A stretch of DNA of 64,000 bases from Balanoglossus misakiensis (lineage: Eukaryota; Animalia; Hemichordata): positions 9,630,461 to 9,694,460 of the forward strand of contig CM082596.2 of assembly GCA_040954595.2 (NCBI GenBank), given 5' to 3'. Below the pieces are notes generated by a model. That model was given only the letters and a program-made list of their open reading frames with translations. It ran no database searches and was not told where the DNA came from. Below are positions 13,101 through 28,100 of this stretch, in pieces (the first letter of the stretch is position 1; each line of letters starts with the position of its first letter). Both the position numbers and the translations under genes were made by a program.

Positions 13101-16100
13101 TGACATTGCATATGCAATGGTGACATTGAATGGGATTCTTTGCATTAGGGCAAATGGCGAAGCAAGCTCAATGATGCATCAGAGTAGATGGTGATGCAAA
13201 CTCTGCACTTTCACATGGGTATTTAATGTTAAATGTAAATCCATAGGTTAATACGTGGCCAAAAGCACTCTAATTTGACATTGCTAATGGAACGATGACA
13301 TTGAATCTGATTCTTTGCATCAGGGCAAATGGCGAAGCAAGGTTTATGATGCATCAGGGTAGATAGTGATGCAATCACTTCACTTTGACATTGGTATTAA
13401 ATGCATATGGGGATTTCAGGTTGTTGAAAAATCTGTGGGTTAATACGTGTCGAAAAGCACTGTACTTTGACATTGCTAATGCAACGATGACATTGAATCT
13501 GATTCTTTGCATCAGGGTAAATGGCGTAGCAAGCTTTATGACGCATCAGGGTAGATAGTGATGCAAACACTTCAGTTTGACATGGGTATAAAATGCCTAC
13601 AGGGGGATTTAAAGTTGTCTGTAAATCCCTGGGTTAATACGTGGCGGAAAGCACTGTACTTTGACATTGCATATGCAATGGTGACATTGAATGGGATTCT
13701 TTGCATTAGGGCAAATGGCGAAGCAAGCTCAATGATGCATCAGAGTAGATGGTGATGCAAACTCTGCACTTTCACATGGGTATTTAATGTTAACTGTAAA
13801 TCCATAGGTTAATACGTGGCCAAAAGCACTCTAATTTGATATTGCTAATGCAACGATGACATTGAATCTGATTCTTTGCATCAGGTCAAATGGCGAAGCA
13901 AGGTTGATGATGCATCAGGGTAGATAGTGATGCAATCACTTCACTTTGACATGGGTATTAAATGCATATGGGGATTTCAGGTTGTTGAAAAATCTGTGGG
14001 TTAATACGTGTCGAAAAGCACTGTACTTTGACATTGCTAATGCAATGATGACATTGAATCTGATTCTTTGCATCAGGGTAAATGGCGTAGCAAGCTTTAT
14101 GATGCATCAGGGTAGATAGTGATGCAAACACTTCACTTTGACATGTGTATAAAATGCCTACAGGGGGATTTAAAGTTGTCTGTAAATCCCTGGGTTAATA
14201 CGTGTCCAAAAGCACTGTACTTTGACATTGCTAATGCAACGATGACATTGAATCTGATTCTTTGCATCAGGGTAAATGGCGAAGCAAGGTTGATTATGCA
14301 TCAGGGTAGATAGTGATGCAAGCTCTGCACTTTCACATGGGTATTTAATGTTAACTGTAAATCCATAGGTTAATACGTGGCCAAAAGCACTCTAATTTGA
14401 TATTGCTAATGCAACGATGACATTGAATCTGATTCTTTGCATCAGGTCAAATGGCGAAGCAAGGTTGATGATGCATCAGGGTAGATAGTGATGCAATCAC
14501 TTCACTTTGACATGGGTATTAAATGCATATGGGGATTTCAGGTTGTTGAAAAATCTGTGGGTTAATACGTGTCGAAAAGCACTGTACTTTGACATTGCTA
14601 ATGCAATGATGACATTGAATCTGATTCTTTGCATCAGGGTAAATGGCGTAGCAAGCTTTATGATGCATCAGGGTAGATAGTGATGCAAACACTTCACTTT
14701 GACATGTGTATAAAATGCCTACAGGGGGATTTAAAGTTGTCTGTAAATCCCTGGGTTAATACGTGTCCAAAAGCACTGTACTTTGACATTGCTAATGCAA
14801 CGATGACATTGAATCTGATTCTTTGCATCAGGGTAAATGGCGAAGCAAGGTTGATTATGCATCAGGGTAGATAGTGATGCAAGCTCTGCACTTTGACATG
14901 GGTATAAAATGCCTACAGGGGGATTTAAAGTTGTCTGTAAATCCCTGGGTTAATATATGGCGGAAAGCACTGTACTTTGACATTGCATATGCAATGGTGA
15001 CATTGAATGGGATTCTTTGCATTAGGGTAAATGGCGAAGCAAGCTCAATGATGCATCAGAGTAGATGGTGATGCAAACTCTGCACTTTCACATGGGTATT
15101 TAATGGTAAATGTAAATCCATAGGTTAATACGTGGCCAAAAGCACTCTAATTTGACATTGCTAATGCAACGATGACATTGAATCTGATTCTTTGCATCAG
15201 GGCAAATGGCGAAGCAAGGTTGATGATGCATCAGGGTAGATAGTGATGCAATCACTTCACTTTGACATGGGTATTAAATGCATATGGGGATTTCAAGTTG
15301 ATGATAAATCCCTGGGTTAATACGTGTCCAAAAGCACTGTACTTTGACATTGCTAATGCAATGATGACATTGAATCTGATTCTTTGCATCAGGGTAAATG
15401 GCGTAGCAAGCTTTATGACGCATCAGGGTAGATAGTGATGCAAACACTTCAGTTTGACATGGGTATAAAATGCCTACAGGGGGATTTAAAGTTGTCTGTA
15501 AATCCCTGGGTTAATACGTGGCGGAAAGCACTGTACTTTGACATTGCATATGCAATGGTGACATTGAATGGGATTCTTTGCATTAGGGCAAATGGCGAAG
15601 CAAGCTCAATGATGCATCAGAGTAGATGGTGATGCAAACTCTGCACTTTCACATGGGTATTTAATGTTAACTGTAAATCCATAGGTTAATACGTGGCCAA
15701 AAGCACTCTAATTTGATATTGCTAATGCAACGATGACATTGAATCTGATTCTTTGCATCAGGTCAAATGGCGAAGCAAGGTTGATGATGCATCAGGGTAG
15801 ATAGTGATGCAATCACTTCACTTTGACATGGGTATTAAATGCATATGGGGATTTCAGGTTGTTGAAAAATCTGTGGGTTAATACGTGTCGAAAAGCACTG
15901 TACTTTGACATTGCTAATGCAATGATGACATTGAATCTGATTCTTTGCATCAGGGTAAATGGCGTAGCAAGCTTTATGATGCATCAGGGTAGATAGTGAT
16001 GCAAACACTTCACTTTGACATGTGTATAAAATGCCTACAGGGGGATTTAAAGTTGTCTGTAAATCCCTGGGTTAATACGTGTCCAAAAGCACTGTACTTT

Positions 16101-19100
16101 GACATTGCTAATGCAACGATGACATTGAATCTGATTCTTTGCATCAGGGTAAATGGCGAAGCAAGGTTGATTATGCATCAGGGTAGATAGTGATGCAAGC
16201 TCTGCACTTTCACATGGGTATTTAATGTTAACTGTAAATCCATAGGTTAATACGTGGCCAAAAGCACTCTAATTTGATATTGCTAATGCAACGATGACAT
16301 TGAATCTGATTCTTTGCATCAGGTCAAATGGCGAAGCAAGGTTGATGATGCATCAGGGTAGATAGTGATGCAATCACTTCACTTTGACATGGGTATTAAA
16401 TGCATATGGGGATTTCAGGTTGTTGAAAAATCTGTGGGTTAATACGTGTCGAAAAGCACTGTACTTTGACATTGCTAATGCAATGATGACATTGAATCTG
16501 ATTCTTTGCATCAGGGTAAATGGCGTAGCAAGCTTTATGATGCATCAGGGTAGATAGTGATGCAAACACTTCACTTTGACATGTGTATAAAATGCCTACA
16601 GGGGGATTTAATGTTGTCTGTAAATCCCTGGGTTAATACGTGTCCAAAAGCACTGTACTTTGACATTGCTAATGCAACGATGACATTGAATCTGATTCTT
16701 TGCATCAGGGTAAATGGCGAAGCAAGGTTGATTATGCATCAGGGTAGATAGTGATGCAAGCTCTGCACTTTGACATGGGTATAAAATGCCTACAGGGGGA
16801 TTTAAAGTTGTCTGTAAATCCCTGGGTTAATATATGGCGGAAAGCACTGTACTTTGACATTGCATATGCAATGGTGACATTGAATGGGATTCTTTGCATT
16901 AGGGTAAATGGCGAAGCAAGCTCAATGATGCATCAGAGTAGATGGTGATGCAAACTCTGCACTTTCACATGGGTATTTAATGGTAAATGTAAATCCATAG
17001 GTTAATACGTGGCCAAAAGCACTCTAATTTGACATTGCTAATGCAACGATGACATTGAATCTGATTCTTTGCATCAGGGCAAATGGCGAAGCAAGGTTGA
17101 TGATGCATCAGGGTAGATAGTGATGCAATCACTTCACTTTGACATGGGTATTAAATGCATATGGGGATTTCAAGTTGATGATAAATCCCTGGGTTAATAC
17201 GTGTCCAAAAGCACTGTACTTTGACATTGCTAATGTAACGATGACATTGAATATGATTCTTGCATCAGGGTAAATGGCGTAGCAAGCTTTATGATGCATC
17301 AGGGTAGATAGTGATGCAAACACTTCACTTTGACATGGGTGTAAAATGCCTTCAGGGGGATTTAAAGTTGTCTGTAAATCCCTGGGTTAATACGTGTCCA
17401 AAAGCACTGTACTTTGACATTGCTAATGCAACGATGACATTGAATCTGATTCTTTGCATCAGGGTAAATGGCGAAGCAAGGTTGATGATGCATCAGGGTA
17501 GATAGTGATGCAAGCTCTGCACTTTGACATGGGTATAAAATGCCTACAGGGGGATTTAAAGTTGTCTGAAAATCCCTGGGTTAATACGTGGCGGAAAGCA
17601 CTGTACTTTGACATTGCATATGCAATGGTGACATTGAATGGGATTCTTTGCATTAGGGCAAATGGCGAAGCAAGCTCAATGATGCATCATAGTAGATGGT
17701 AATGCAAACTCTGCACTTTCACATGGGTATTTAATGTTAAATGTAAATCCATAGGTTAATACGTGGCCAAAAGCACTCTAATTTGACATTGCTAATGCAA
17801 CGATGACATTGAATCTGATTCTTTGCATCAGGGCAAATGGCGAAGCAAGGTTGATGATGCATCAGGATAGATAGTGATGCAATCACTTAACTTTGACATG
17901 GGTATTAAATGCATATGGGGATTTCAAGTTGATGATAAATCCCTGGGTTAATACGTGTCCAAAAGCACTGTACTTTGACATTGCTAATGTAACGATGACA
18001 TTGAATCTGATTCTTTGCATCAGGGTAAATGGCGTAGCAAGCTTTATGATGCATCAGGGTAGATAGTGATGCAAACACTTCACTTTGACATGGATATTAA
18101 GTGCATATGGGGATTTCAGGTTGTTGAAAAATCTGTGGGTTAATACGTGTCGAAAAGCACTGTACTTTGACATTGCTAATGCAATGATGACATTGAATCT
18201 GATTCTTTGCATCAGGGTAAATGGCGTAGCAAGCTTTATGATGCATCAGGGTAGATAGTGATGCAAACACTTCACTTTGACATGGGTATAAAATGCCTAC
18301 AGGGGGATTTAAAGTTGTCTGTAAATCCCTGGGTTAATACGTGTCCAAAAGCACTGTACTTTGACATTGCTAATGCAACGATGACATTGAATCTGATTCT
18401 TTGCATCAGGGTAAATGGCGAAGCAAGGTTGATGATGCATCAGGGTAGATAGTGATGCAAGCTCTGCACTTTGACATGGGTATAAAATGCCTACAGGGGG
18501 ATTTAAAGTTGTCTGTAAATCCCTGGGTTAATACGTGGCGGAAAGCACTGTACTTTGACATTGCATATGCAATGGTGACATTGAATGGGATTCTTTGCAT
18601 TAGGGCAAATGGCGAAGCAAGCTCAATGATGCATCAGAGTAGATGGTGATGCAAACTCTGCACTTTCACATGGGTATTTAATGTTAAATGTAAATCCATA
18701 GGTTAATACGTGGCCAAAAGCACTCTAATTTGACATTGCTAATGCAACGATGACATTGAATCTGATTCTTTGCATCAGGGCAAATGGCGAAGCAAGGTTG
18801 ATGATGCATCAGGGTAGATAGTGATGCAATCACTTCACTTTGACATGGGTATTAAATGCATATGGGGATTTCAAGTTGATGATAAATCCCTGGGTTAATA
18901 CGTGTCCAAAAGCACTGTACTTTGACATTGCTAATGTAACGATGACATTCAATATGATTCTTTGCATCAGGGTAAATGGCGTAGCAAGCTTTATGATGCA
19001 TCAGGGTAGATATTGATGCAAACACTTCACTTTGACATGGGTATTAAATGCATATGGGGATTTCAGGTTGTTGAAAAATCTGTGGGTTAATACGTGTCCA

Positions 19101-22100
19101 AAAGCACTGTACTTTGACATTGCTAATGCAACGATGACATTGAATCTGATTCTTTGCATCAGGGTAAATGGCGTAGCAAGCTTTATGACGCATCAGGGTA
19201 GATAGTGATGCAAACACTTCACTTTGACATGGGTATTAAATGCATATGGGGATTTCAGGTTGTTGAAAAATCTGTGGGTTAATACGTGTCGAAAAGCACT
19301 GTACTTTGACATTGCTAATGCAATGATGACATTGAATCTGATTCTTTGCATCAGGGTAAATGGCGTAGCAAGCTTTATGATGCATCAGGGTAGATAGTGA
19401 TGCAAACACTTCACTTTGACATGGGTATAAAATGCCTACAGGGGGATTTAAAGTTGTCTGTAAATCCCTGGGTTAATACGTGTCCAAAAGCACTGTACTT
19501 TGACATTGCTAATGCAACGATGACATTGAATCTGATTCTTTGCATCAGGGTAAATGGCGAAGCAAGGTTGATGATGCATCAGGGTAGATAGTGATGCAAG
19601 CTCTGCACTTTGACATGGGTATAAAATGCCTACAGGGGGATTTAAAGTTGTCTGTAAATCCCTGGGTTAATACGTGGCGGAAAGCACTGTACTTTGACAT
19701 TGCATATGCAATGGTGACATTGAATGGGATTCTTTGCATTAGGGCAAATGGCGAAGCAAGCTCAATGATGCATCAGAGTAGATGGTGATGCAAACTCTGC
19801 ACTTTCACATGGGTATTTAATGTTAAATGTAAATCCATAGGTTAATACGTGGCCAAAAGCACTCTAATTTGACATTGCTAATGCAACGATGACATTGAAT
19901 CTGATTCTTTGCATCAGGGCAAATGGCGAAGCAAGGTTGATGATGCATCAGGGTAGATAGTGATGCAATCACTTCACTTTGACATGGGTATTAAATGCAT
20001 ATGGGGATTTCAAGTTGATGATAAATCCCTGGGTTAATACGTGTCCAAAAGCACTGTACTTTGACATTGCTAATGTAACGATGACATTCAATATGATTCT
20101 TTGCATCAGGGTAAATGGCGTAGCAAGCTTTATGATGCATCAGGGTAGATATTGATGCAAACACTTCACTTTGACATGGGTATTAAATGCATATGGGGAT
20201 TTCAGGTTGTTGAAAAATCTGTGGGTTAATACGTGTCCAAAAGCACTGTACTTTGACATTGCTAATGCAACGATGACATTGAATCTGATTCTTTGCATCA
20301 GGGTAAATGGCGTAGCAAGCTTTATGACGCATCAGGGTAGATAGTGATGCAAACACTTCACTTTGACATGGGTATTAAATGCATATGGGGATTTCAGGTT
20401 GTTGAAAAATCTGTGGGTTAATACGTGTCCAAAAGCACTGTACTTTAACATTGCTAATGCAACGATGACATTGAATCTGATTCTTTGCATCAGGGTAAAT
20501 GGCGAAGCAAGGTTGATGATGCATCAGGGTAGATAGTGATGCAAGCTCTGCACTTTGACATGGGTATTAAATGCCTACAGGGGGATTTAAAGTTGTCTGT
20601 AAATCCCTGGGTTAAAATACGTGTCCAAAAGCACTGTACTTTGACATTGCTAATGCAACGATGACATTGAATCTGATTCTTTGCATCAGGGTAAATGGCG
20701 AAGCAAGGTTGATTATGCATCAGGGTAGATAGTGATGCAAGCTCTGCACTTTGACATGGGTATAAAATGCCTACAGGGGGATTTAAAGTTGTCTGTAAAT
20801 CCCTGGGTTAATACGTGTCCAAAAGCACTGTACTTTGACATTGCATATGCAATGGTGACATTGAATGGGATTCTTTGCATTAGGGCAAATGGCGAAGCAA
20901 GCTCAATGATGCATCAGAGTAGATGGTGATGCAAACTCTGCACTTTCACATGGGTATTTAATGTTAAATGTAAATCCATAGGTTAATACGTGGCCAAAAG
21001 CACTCTAATTTGACAGTGCTAATGCAACGATGACATTGAATCTGATTATTTGCATCAGGGCAAATGGCGAAGCAAGGTTGATGATGCATCAGGGTAGATA
21101 GTGATGCAATCACTTCACTTTGACATGGGTATTAAATGCATATGGGGATTTCAAGTTGATGATAAATCCCTGGGTTAATACGTGTCCAAAAGCACTGTAC
21201 TTTGACATTGCTAATGTAACGATGACATTGAATCTGATTCTTTGCATCAGGGTAAATGGCGTAGCAAGTTTTATGATGCATCAGGGTAGATAGTGATGCA
21301 AACACTTCACTTTGACATGGGTATTAAATGCATATGGGGATTTCAGGTTGTTGAAAAATCTGTGGGTTAATACGTGGCGGAAAGCACTGTACTTTGACAT
21401 TGCATATGCAATGGTGACATTGAATGGGATTCTTTGCATTAGGGCAAATGGCGAAGCAAGCTCAATGATGCATCAGAGTAGATGGTGATGCAAACTCTGC
21501 ACTTTCACATGGGTATTTAATGTTAACTGTAAATCCATAGGTTAATACGTGGCCAAAAGCACTCTAATTTGATATTGCTAATGCAACGATGACATTGAAT
21601 CTGATTCTTTGCATCAGGGTAAATGGCGTAGCAAGCTTTATGATGCATCAGGGTAGATAGTGATGCAAACACTTCACTTTGACATGTGTATAAAATGCCT
21701 ACAGGGGGATTTAAAGTTGTCTGTAAATCCCTGGGTTAATACGTGTCCAAAAGCACTGTACTTTGACATTGCTAATGCAACGATGACATTGAATCTGATT
21801 CTTTGCATCAGGGTAAATGGCGAAGCAAGGTTGATTATGCATCAGGGTAGATAGTGATGCAAGCTCTGCACTTTCACATGGGTATTTAATGTTAACTGTA
21901 AATCCATAGGTTAATACGTGGCCAAAAGCACTCTAATTTGATATTGCTAATGCAACGATGACATTGAATCTGATTCTTTGCATCAGGTCAAATGGCGAAG
22001 CAAGGTTGATGATGCATCAGGGTAGATAGTGATGCAATCACTTCACTTTGACATGGGTATTAAATGCATATGGGGATTTCAGGTTGTTGAAAAATCTGTG

Positions 22101-25100
22101 GGTTAATACGTGTCGAAAAGCACTGTACTTTGACATTGCTAATGCAATGATGACATTGAATCTGATTCTTTGCATCAGGGTAAATGGCGTAGCAAGCTTT
22201 ATGATGCATCAGGGTAGATAGTGATGCAAACACTTCACTTTGACATGTGTATAAAATGCCTACAGGGGGATTTAAAGTTGTCTGTAAATCCCTGGGTTAA
22301 TACGTGTCCAAAAGCACTGTACTTTGACATTGCTAATGCAACGATGACATTGAATCTGATTCTTTGCATCAGGGTAAATGGCGAAGCAAGGTTTATTATG
22401 CATCAGGGTAGATAGTGATGCAAGCTCTGCACTTTGACATGGGTATAAAATGCCTACAGGGGGATTTAAAGTTGTCTGTAAATCCCTGGGTTAATATATG
22501 GCGGAAAGCACTGTACTTTGACATTGCATATGCAATGGTGACATTGAATGGGATTCTTTGCATTAGGGCAAATGGCGAAGCAAGCTCAATGATGCATCAG
22601 AGTAGATGGTGATGCAAACTCTGCACTTTCACATGGGTATCTAATGTTAAATGTAAATCCATAGGTTAATACGTGGCCAAAAGCACTCTAATTTGACAGT
22701 GCTAATGCAACGATGACATTGAATCTGATTCTTTGCATCAGGGCAAATGGCGAAGCAAGGTTGATGATGCATCAGGGTAGATAGTGATGCAATCACTTCA
22801 CTTTGACATGGGTATTAAATGCATATGGGGATTTCAAGTTGATGATAAATCCCTGGGTTAATACGTGTCCAAAAGCACTGTACTTTGACATTGCTAATGT
22901 AACGATAAACATTGAATATGATTCTTGCATCAGGGTAAATGGCGTAGCAAGCTTTATGATGCATCAGGGTAGATAGTGATGCAAACACTTCACTTTGACA
23001 TGGGTGTAAAATGCCTTCAGGGGGATTTAAAGTTGTCTGTAAATCCCTGGGTTAATACGTGTCCAAAAGCACTGTACTTTGACATTGCTAATGCAACGAT
23101 GACATTGAATCTGATTCTTTGCATCAGGGTAAATGGCGAAGCAAGGTTGATGATGCATCAGGGTAGATAGTGATGCAAGCTCTGCACTTTGACATGGGTA
23201 TAAAATGCCTACAGGGGGATTTAAAGTTGTCTGAAAATCCCTGGGTTAATACGTGGCGGAAAGCACTGTACTTTGACATTGCATATGCAATGGTGACATT
23301 GAATGGGATTCTTTGCATTAGGGCAAATGGCGAAGCAAGCTCAATGATGCATCATAGTAGATGGTAATGCAAACTCTGCACTTTCACATGGGTATTTAAT
23401 GTTAAATGTAAATCCATAGGTTAATACGTGGCCAAAAGCACTCTAATTTGACATTGCTAATGCAACGATGATATTGAATCTGATTCTTTGCATCAGGGCA
23501 AATGGCGAAGCAAGGTTGATGATGCATCAGGATAGATAGTGATGCAATCACTTAACTTTGACATGGGTATTAAATGCATATGGGGATTTCAAGTTGATGA
23601 TAAATCCCTGGGTTAATACGTGTCCAAAAGCACTGTACTTCGACATTGCTAATGTAACGATGACATTGAATCTGATTCTTTGCATCAGGGTAAATGGCGT
23701 AGCAAGCTTTATGATGCATCAGGGTAGATAGTGATGCAAACACTTCACTTTGACATGGGTATTAAATGCATATGGGGATTTCAGGTTGTTGAAAAATCTG
23801 TGGGTTAATACGTGTCGAAAAGCACTGTACTTTGACATTGCTAATGCAATGATGACATTGAATCTGATTCTTTGCATCAGGGTAAATGGCGTAGCAAGCT
23901 TTATGATGCATCAGGGTAGATAGTGATGCAAACACTTCACTTTGACATGGGTATAAAATGCCTACAGGGGGATTTAAAGTTGTCTGTAAATCCCTGGGTT
24001 AATACGTGTCCAAAAGCACTGTACTTTGACATTGCTAATGCAACGATGACATTGAATCTGATTCTTTGCATCAGGGTAAATGGCGAAGCAAGGTTGATGA
24101 TGCATCAGGGTAGATAGTGATGCAAGCTCTGCACTTTGACATGGGTATAAAATGCCTACAGGGGGATTTAAAGTTGTCTGTAAATCCCTGGGTAAATACG
24201 TGGCGGAAAGCACTGTACTTTGACATTGCATATGCAATGGTGACATTGAATGGGATTCTTTGCATTAGGGCAAATGGCGAAGCAAGCTCAATGATGCATC
24301 AGAGTAGATGGTGATGCAAACTCTGCACTTTCACATGGGTATTTAATGTTAAATGTAAATCCATAGGTTAATACGTGGCCAAAAGCACTCTAATTTGACA
24401 TTGCTAATGCAACGATGACATTGAATCTGATTCTTTGCATCAGGGCAAATGGCGAAGCAAGGTTGATGATGCATCAGGGTAGATAGTGATGCAATCACTT
24501 CACTTTGACATGGGTATTAAATGCATATGGGGATTTCAAGTTGATGATAAATCCCTGGGTTAATACGTGTCCAAAAGCACTGTACTTTGACATTGCTAAT
24601 GTAACGATGACATTCAATATGATTCTTTGCATCAGGGTAAATGGCGTAGCAAGCTTTATGATGCATCAGGGTAGATATTGATGCAAACACTTCACTTTGA
24701 CATGGGTATTAAATGCATATGGGGATTTCAGGTTGTTGAAAAATCTGTGGGTTAATACGTGTCCAAAAGCACTGTACTTTGACATTGCTAATGCAACGAT
24801 GACATTGAATCTGATTCTTTGCATCAGGGTAAATGGCGTAGCAAGCTTTATGACGCATCAGGGTAGATAGTGATGCAAACACTTCACTTTGACATGGGTA
24901 TTAAATGCATATGGGGATTTCAGGTTGTTGAAAAATCTGTGGGTTAATACGTGTCCAAAAGCACTGTACTTTAACATTGCTAATGCAACGATGACATTGA
25001 ATCTGATTCTTTGCATCAGGGTAAATGGCGAAGCAAGGTTGATGATGCATCAGGGTAGATAGTGATGCAAGCTCTGCACTTTGACATGGGTATTAAATGC

Positions 25101-28100
25101 CTACAGGGGGATTTAAAGTTGTCTGTAAATCCCTGGGTTAAAATACGTGTCCAAAAGCACTGTACTTTGACATTGCTAATGCAACGATGACATTGAATCT
25201 GATTCTTTGCATCAGGGTAAATGGCGAAGCAAGGTTGATTATGCATCAGGGTAGATAGTGATGCAAGCTCTGCACTTTGACATGGGTATAAAATGCCTAC
25301 AGGGGGATTTAAAGTTGTCTGTAAATCCCTGGGTTAATACGTGGTGGAAAGCACTGTACTTTGACATTGCATATGCAATGGTGACATTGAATGGGATTCT
25401 TTGCATTAGGGCAAATGGCGAAGCAAGCTCAATGATGCATCAGAGTAGATGGTGATGCAAACTCTGCACTTTCACATAGGTATTTAATGTTAAATGTAAA
25501 TCCATAGGTTAATACGTGGCCAAAAGCACTCTAATTTGACAGTGCTAATGCAACGATGACATTGAATCTGATTATTTGCATCAGGGCAAATGGCGAAGCA
25601 AGGTTGATGATGCATCAGGGTAGATAGTGATGCAATCACTTCACTTTGACATGGGTATTAAATGCATATGGGGATTTCAAGTTGATGATAAATCCCTGGG
25701 TTAATACGTGTCCAAAAGCACTGTACTTTGACATTGCTAATGTAACGATGACATTGAATCTGATTCTTTGCATCAGGGTAAAGGGCGTAGCAAGCTTTAT
25801 GATGCATCAGGGTAGATAGTGATGCAAACACTTCACTTTGACATGGGTATTAAATGCATATGGGGATTTCAAGTTGATGATAAATCCCTGGGTTAATACG
25901 TGTCCAAAAGCACTGTACTTTTACATTGCTAATGCAACGATGACATTGAATCTGATTCTTTGCATCAGGGTAAATGGCGAAGCAAGGTTGATGATGCATC
26001 AGGGTAGATAGTGATGCAAGCTCTGCACTTGAACTTGGGTATAAAATGCCTACAGGGGGATTTAAAGGTGACTGTAAATCCCCAGTTTAATACGTGGCGG
26101 AAAGCACTGTACTTTGACATTGCTAATGCAATGGTGACATTGAATGTAATTCTTTGCGTTAGGGCAAATGGCGAAGCAAGCTCAATGATGCATCAGAGTA
26201 GATGGTGATGCAAACACTTCACTTTGACATGGGTATTAAATGCATATGGGGATTTCAAGTTGTTGAAAAATCCGTAGGTTAATACGTGGCGGAAAGCACT
26301 GTACTTTGACATTGCTAATGCAATGGTGCCATTGAATGTGATTGTTTGCATTAGGGCAAATGGCGAAGCAAGCTTTATGATGCATCAGAGTAGATGGTGA
26401 TGCAAGCTCTGCACTTTGACATAGGTTTTCAATGCATATGCATGGGTATTTAAAGTTGACTGTAAATCCCTGGGTTAATACATGGCCAAAAGCACTGTAA
26501 TTGCTAATGCAACAGTGATTTTAATTCTGATCTTTTGCATCAGGGTAAAAGGCGAAGCAAGCTTGATGATGCATCTGGGAAGATGGTGTTTCAAGCCCTT
26601 AACTTTGACATTGGAATATAATGCATAAGTGGATTTAAAGTTGATTGTAAATGCCCAGTTTAATATGTGTCCAAAAGCACTGTACTTTAACATTGCTAAT
26701 GCAACGATGACATTGAATCTGATTCTTTGCATCAGGGTAAATGGCGAAGCAAGGTTGATGATGCATCAGGGTAGATAGTGATGCAAGCTCTGCACTTTGA
26801 CATGGGTATAAAATGCCTACAGGGGGATTTAAAGTTGTCTGTAAATCCCTGGGTTAATACGTGGCGGAAAGCACTGTACTTTGACATTGCATATGCAATG
26901 GTGACATTGAATGGGATTCTTTGCATTAGGGCAAATGGCGAAGCAAGCTCAATGATGCATCAGAGTAGATGGTGATGCAAACTCTGCACTTTCACATGGG
27001 TATTTAATGTTAAATGTAAATCCATAGGTTAATACGTGGCCAAAAGCACTCTAATTTGACATTGCTAATGCAACGATGACATTGAATCTGATTATTTGCA
27101 TCAGGGCAAATGGCGAAGCAAGGTTGATGATGCATCAGGGTAGATAGTGATGCAATCACTTCACTTTGACATGGGTATTAAATGCATATGGGGATTTCAA
27201 GTTGATGATAAATCCCTGGGTTAATACGTGTCCAAAAGCACTGTACTTTGACATTGCTAATGTAACGATGACATTGAATCTGATTCTTTGCATCAGGGTA
27301 AATGGCGTAGCAAGCTTTATGATGCATCAGGGTAGATAGTGATGCAAACACTTCACTTTGACATGGGTATTAAATGCATATGGGGATTTCAAGTAGATGA
27401 TAAATCCCTGGGTTAATACGTGTCCAAAAGCACTGTACTTTGACATTGCTAATGCAACGATGACATTGAATCTGATTCTTTGCATCAGGGTAAATGGCGA
27501 AGCAAGGTTGATGATGCATCAGGGTAGATAGTGATGCAAGCTCTGCACTTGAACTTGGGTATAAAATGCCTACAGGGGGATTTAAAGGTGACTGTAAATC
27601 CCCAGTTTAATACGTGGCGGAAAGCACTGTACTTTGACATTGCTAATGCAATGGTGACATTGAATGTAATTCTTTGCGTTAGGGCAAATGGCGAAGCAAG
27701 CTCAATGATGCATCAGAGTAGATGGTGATGCAAACACTTCACTTTGACATGGGTATTAAATGCATATGGGGATTTCAAGTTGTTGAAAAATCCGTAGGTT
27801 AATACGTGGCGGAAAGCACTGTACTTTGACATTGCTAATGCAATGGTGCCATTGAATGTGATTCTTTGCATTAGGGCAAATGGCGAAGCAAGCTTTATGA
27901 TGCATCAGAGTAGATGGTGATGCAAGCTCTGCACTTTGACATAGGTTTTCAATGCATATGCATGGGTATTTAAAATTGACTGTAAATCCCTGGGTTAATA
28001 CATGGCCAAGAGCACTGTAATTGCTAATGCAACAGTGATTTTAATTCTGATCTTTTGCATCAGGGTAAAAGGCGAAGCAAGCTTGATGATGCATCTGGGA